DNA of 64,000 nt. Source: Hemiscyllium ocellatum (taxonomy: Eukaryota). The stretch is taken from the NCBI RefSeq assembly GCF_020745735.1, contig NW_026867603.1, positions 1,922,001 to 1,986,000 on the forward strand. Direction: 5' to 3'. Shown here piece by piece: positions 59,101-64,000 of this stretch (positions within the stretch are counted from its first letter, which is position 1; each line of letters opens with the position of its first letter). A program made the position numbers and the translations under genes. Below the pieces are notes generated by a model, which saw only the letters and a program-made list of their open reading frames with translations, made no database searches and had not been told where the DNA came from.

Positions 59101-62100
59101 GTTTCATCGTCTGTTACAGACTGTCACAGTGTGACTCAGAGAATTTCGGAGAGTCGGAGAGTATTACAGTCTGTGAGAGATTCTCACAGTGTCTCAGAGA
59201 GTGTCAGAGTCTGATAAGGTGTGTCATGAGTGTCACCATATGTCTCAGCGAGTGGCAGAGACAGTCAGAGAGTCTCACAGTGCGTTTCAGAGAGAGTCAG
59301 AGACTGTGACAGTGTGTCAGTCGGTGGCAGAACAGTATGTCTCAGAGAGTGTCACTGCCTGTCTCAGAGATTGTCGGAGAGTGTCACAGTGTGTCTCATA
59401 GAGAGAGTCAGAGAGTGTCAGGGGTCGTCACAGTGTTTCAGGGAGAGTCATAGCATGTCTTAGAGAGTGTCAGAGAGTGCCACAGTGTGTCTGAGAGAGT
59501 GCCGCAGTGTGTCTCAGACAGTGTCAAAAAGTGTGCCAGTGTCTCCGAGAGTGTCAGTCAGTGTCAGAGAGAGTCAGAGAGTATCACAGTGAGTCAGATA
59601 TTGTCACAATGTGTCTCAGAGTTTGTCAGAGAGTGTCATAGTTTGTCTCAGAGAGTGTCACAGTGTCTCAGAAAGTGTCAGAGAGAGTCGGAGAGTGGCA
59701 CAATATATCTCTGAGTGTGGCACAATGTACATCAGAGAGTGGCAGAGAGAGTCAGCGAGGATCACAGTGTGTCCTACTACGTCTCAGAGAGTGTCACAGT
59801 GCGTCTCATAGTGCCAGAGGGTGTCACAGATAGAGACAGATAGTGTCACAGTGAGTCTCAGAGGGTGTGAGAGAGAGTCAGACAGTAGCACAGTGTGTCT
59901 CAGAGAGTGTCAAAGAGTGTCACATTGTGTTTCAAAGAGATTCACAATGTATCAGTGAGTTTCACAGTGTGTCTCAGAGAGAGTCAAAGAAAGTCAGAGA
60001 GTGTCAAAGTGTGACTCGGAGAGTTTATGAGAAAGTCAGAGCGTGTCACAATGTGTCTCAGAGAGAGTCAGAGAGTGTAACAGTGTGTTTCGGAGAGAAT
60101 CAGAGAGTGTCACAATGTGCCTCAGAGACTGTCAGAGAGTCATAGCGTGTCTCAGAGAATATCACATTGTGGCACAGTGGGTCTCAGAGAGTGTGACAGT
60201 GCCTCAGGGAGTGCTAGTCAGAGTCAGAGGGTGTCAGAGAGTATCACAGTGCGTCGTACTACGTCTCAGAGAGTGTCACAGAGCGTCTCATTGTGCCAGA
60301 AAGTGTCACAGGTAGATACAGATAATGTCACAGTGAGTCTCAGAGAGTGTGTGAGACAGAGAGAGAGCCAGACAGTAGCACAGTGTTTCTCAGAGAGTGT
60401 TAGAGAGTGTCGCCGTGTGTTTCAGAGAGTTTCACAGTGTGTCTCAGAGAGCGTCATAAAAAGTCAGAGAGTGTCACAGTGTCTCTCAGAGAGTGTCATA
60501 GCATGTCTCAGACAATGTCACAATGGCACAGTGTGTCTCAGAGAGTGTCACAGTGCCTCAGGGAGAGTCAGTCAGAGGCAGAGAGAGTCAGAAAGTAACA
60601 CACTGTGTTAGAGAGTGTTACACTGTGTCAGTAAATGTCACACTGTCAGAGAATATCACAGTGTGTTTCAGATAGTGTCACTGTGTTTCAGAGAGTGTCA
60701 CAGTGTCTCAGAGAGAATCAGAGTGTGTTACAGTGTCTCAGAGAGTGTCACAGTGCGTCAGAGAGTGTTACAATGTGCCTCAGAGACTGTCAGAGAGAGT
60801 CATAGCTTGTCTCAGAGAATATCACATTGTGGCACGATGTGTCATAGAGAGTGTCGCAGTGCCTCAGGGAGAGTTAGTAAGAGGCAGAGAGAGTCAGAGA
60901 GTATCACGCTGTGTCAGAGAGTGTCACACAGTGTCAGAGAGTGTCACACCGTCTCAGAGTCTCAGTCTTTGTCAGAGAGTGTTACAGTGCGTCAGAGAGT
61001 GAACCAGTATGGCTCAGAGTTTGTCGCCGAGAGTGTCATAGTTTGTCTCCGAGAGTGTCACAGTGTCTCAGAGAGTGTCAGTCAGTGTCAGAAAGAGTCA
61101 GAGAGTGTCACAGTATGTCTCATAGTGCCCGGGTGTGTGACAGTGTGTCACACATAGAGACAGAGAGTGTCACAGTGTGTCTCAGAGAGTGTCAGACAGT
61201 AACAGTGTGTCATAGAGAGTGTTAGAGAGAATCAGATAGTATCACAGTATGTCATAGAGCGTCTCAGAGAGTATCAGCGAGTGTCCCAGGGCGTCTCATA
61301 GCGTCAGAGTGTGACACAGTTTGTCGCAGATAGAGGCAGACAGTGTCACAGTGAGTCTCAGAGAGTGTGACAGAGAGTCAGACAGTATCATAGTGTGTCT
61401 CAGAGAGAGAGAGAGTGTCACAGTGTGTCTCAGAGAGTGTCAGAAAGGGTCACAGGGTCTCAGAAAGTAATCTCAGTGTCAGAGAGTGTAACAGTGTGTC
61501 AGAGTGTAGCACAATATGTCTCAGAGAGGGTCCGTGTGTGTCACAGTATGTCTCAGAGCGTGTCAGAGAGATGGACAGTGTTTCACAGTCTGTTAGATGG
61601 CGTCACAATGTGTGTTAGAGAGTTTCACAGAGTCGGAGAGTGTCACAGTCTGAAAGAGATTGTCACAGTGTCCCCGAGAGTGTCGCAGTCTGTCACAGTG
61701 TGTCCTGAGTGTCACCACATGTCTCAACGAGTGGCAGAGACAGTCAAAGAGTGTCACAGTGTATTTCAGAGAGAGTCAGAGACTGTGACAGTGTCTCAGA
61801 GAGTGTCAGCACAGTATGTCTCAGAGAGTGTCACAGCGTGTCTCAGAGAGTGTCGGAGGGTGTCACAATGTGTCTCAGAGAGTGTCAGAGAGCGTCACAG
61901 TGTATCTCAGAGAGTGGCACAGTGTGTCTCAGAGAGAGTCACAGCATGTCGGAGTGTCACAGTGTGACTCAGAGAGTGCCACAATGTATCTCTCTGAGAG
62001 TGCGCCAGTGTGTCTCAGAGAGTGACAGAGCGTGTCGCAGTATGCCGCAGTGATGCCTAGGAGAGTGTCAGAAAGTGCCCGAGAGCCTCAGAGAGTGTCA

Positions 62101-64000
62101 GTCAGTGCCAGGGAGAGCCAGAGAGTATCACAGCGTGTCTCGGAGAGTGTTCGAGAGTGTCACATTGTGTCAGAGAGTGTCACCTCGTGCCTCAGAGAAT
62201 GTCAGAGACGGTCAAAGAGTGTCACAGTGTGTTTCAGAGAGAGTCAGAGACTGTCACAGTATGTCAGAGAGTGGCAGCACAGTATGTCTCAGAGAGTGTG
62301 ACAATATGTCTCAGAGACTGTCGGAGGGTGGCACAGTGTGTCTCAGAGAATGCCAGAGAGTGTCAGGGAGTTTCACAGTGTGCCTGGGAGAGTGATAGTG
62401 TGTCTCAGAGAGTGTCAGAGAGAGTCATGGAGTGCCACAGTGTGTCTCAGAGAGGGTCACAGTATGTCGGACTGCCACAGTGTGTCTCAGAGAGTGCGCC
62501 AGTGTGTCTCTCAGAGTGTGCCACAGTGTATCTGAGAGAGTGGCAGAGAGTGTCACAGTGTGCCTCAGTGTGTTTAAGAGACTGTCAGAAAGTTCTGAGA
62601 GTCTCAGAGGGTGTCGGTTAGTATCAGAGAGACTCCGAGGGTATCACAATGTGTCAGAGAGTGTCACAGTGTGTCTCAGAGAGTGTCACCGCGTACCTCA
62701 GAGAATGTCAGAGACAGTCATAGAGTGTCAAAGTGTTTTTCGGAGAGAGTCAGAGACTGTGATAGTGGGGTCAGAAAGTGGCATCACAGCATGTCTCAGA
62801 GAATATGACAGTGTGTTTCAGAGTGTCGGAGAGTGTCACAGTATTTCTCAGAGAGAGTCAGAGAGAGTCGGGAAGTGTCACAGCATGTCTGGAAGAGTCA
62901 TACTGTGTGTCAGAGAGTTAGAGAGTGTCACAGTGTGTCTCTGAGGGTGTTAGACAGAGTCGGCGAGTGCCACAGTGTGACTCAGAGTGTTTAAGATTAT
63001 CTCTGAGCGTTTCAGAGAGTGTCACAGTGTGTCTCAGAGAGTGTCACTGTATGTCGTTGTATCACAGTGTGTCATAGACCGTCACAGTGTTTCTCAGAGA
63101 GGGTCAGCGAGAGTCAGAGAGGGCCACTGTGTGTCTCAGAAGGAGACAGAGAGTGTCACAGCGAGTCTCGGAGAGTGTCAGAGTGCATCACAGTGTGTCT
63201 CAGAGAGTGTCACAGTGAGTTTTGGAGAGTGTCATAGATTTTCACAGTGCTTCTCAGAGCGTGTCTCAATGTGTCAGATAATGTCACAGTGTGTATCAGG
63301 GAGTGTCAGCGAAAGTCAGAGAGTGCCACATTGTCTCTCAGAGACAGAGAGCGTCACAGTGAGTCTCAGAGAGAATCAGAGAGGGTCACAGTGTGTCCGA
63401 GAGTGTCACAGTGTGTATCGGAGAGTGTCACAGTGAGATTCGGAGAGTGTCAGAGATTGTCACAGCGTGTCTCAGAGAGTGTCTCAGTGTGTCTAGGAGA
63501 GTGTCAGAGAGTGTCACAGAGCATCTCATGATGACAGTGGGATTCACAGTGTGTCACAGATAGTCACATTGAGTCTCAGAGAATATGATAGAGATTCAGA
63601 CAGTATCACAGTGTGTCTCAGAAAGTGTTAGTGAGAGTCAGAGAGTGTCACAGTGCAATAGAGAGTGGCACAGTATGTCTCAGAGAGTGTCAGTGAGTGT
63701 CAGAGAGTATGAGAGAGAAACAGACAGTGTCACAGTGCGTCTCAGAGCGTGTCAGAGAGTGTCACCGTCTGTTTGAGAAAATGTGACAGTGAGTTTCGGA
63801 TAGTGTCAGAGATTGTCGCAGTGTGTCTCAGAGAGAGTCTCGGTGTGTCAGAGATTGTCACTGCGTGTCTAGGAGATGATCAGAAAGTGTCACAGTGTCT
63901 CAGAGAGTGTTGGTTAGTGTCAGAGATAGTCAGAGAACATCACCGATTGTCACAGAGTTTCACAGTGTCTCAGAGAGTGTCAGAGAGAATCAGAGAGTAT
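56168..64000. repeat. CACAGTG/CTCAGAG satellite, block 2 (runs off the window)
   Basis: Same vocabulary as block 1 and colinear with it across the insertion. Confidence 0.95.

Noticed and set aside
44718-63776. Well over a hundred overlapping ORFs of the VSQCVSESVRECH type
   Set aside because: They arise in all three plus frames from a stop-poor satellite, have no consistent frame or domain, and are interrupted by TEs without regard to frame.

Overview
Vertebrate genomic DNA, inferred to be an elasmobranch (shark) from its HE1/V-SINE-type SINEs, CR1 LINEs with (TTCTATG)n tails and Penelope-like elements. The only supportable host gene is a minus-strand, two-exon class A GPCR of the GPR139/GPR142-like type: exon 1 at 43588-43414, exon 2 at 6616-5715, 358 aa, one phase-1 intron of about 36.8 kb that the ORF track does not join. 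The intron and flanks are packed with CR1 fragments (several nested), SINEs, a Rex/Babar-type LINE and many Penelope-like element (PLE) 3' ends carrying minimal hammerhead-ribozyme motifs, often as palindromes. From about 44665 to the window end lies a hierarchical CACAGTG/CTCAGAG satellite, split by a 5-kb nest of three retroelements. Boundaries of old repeats are estimated by eye. Family names come from recalled consensus motifs, not database searches.
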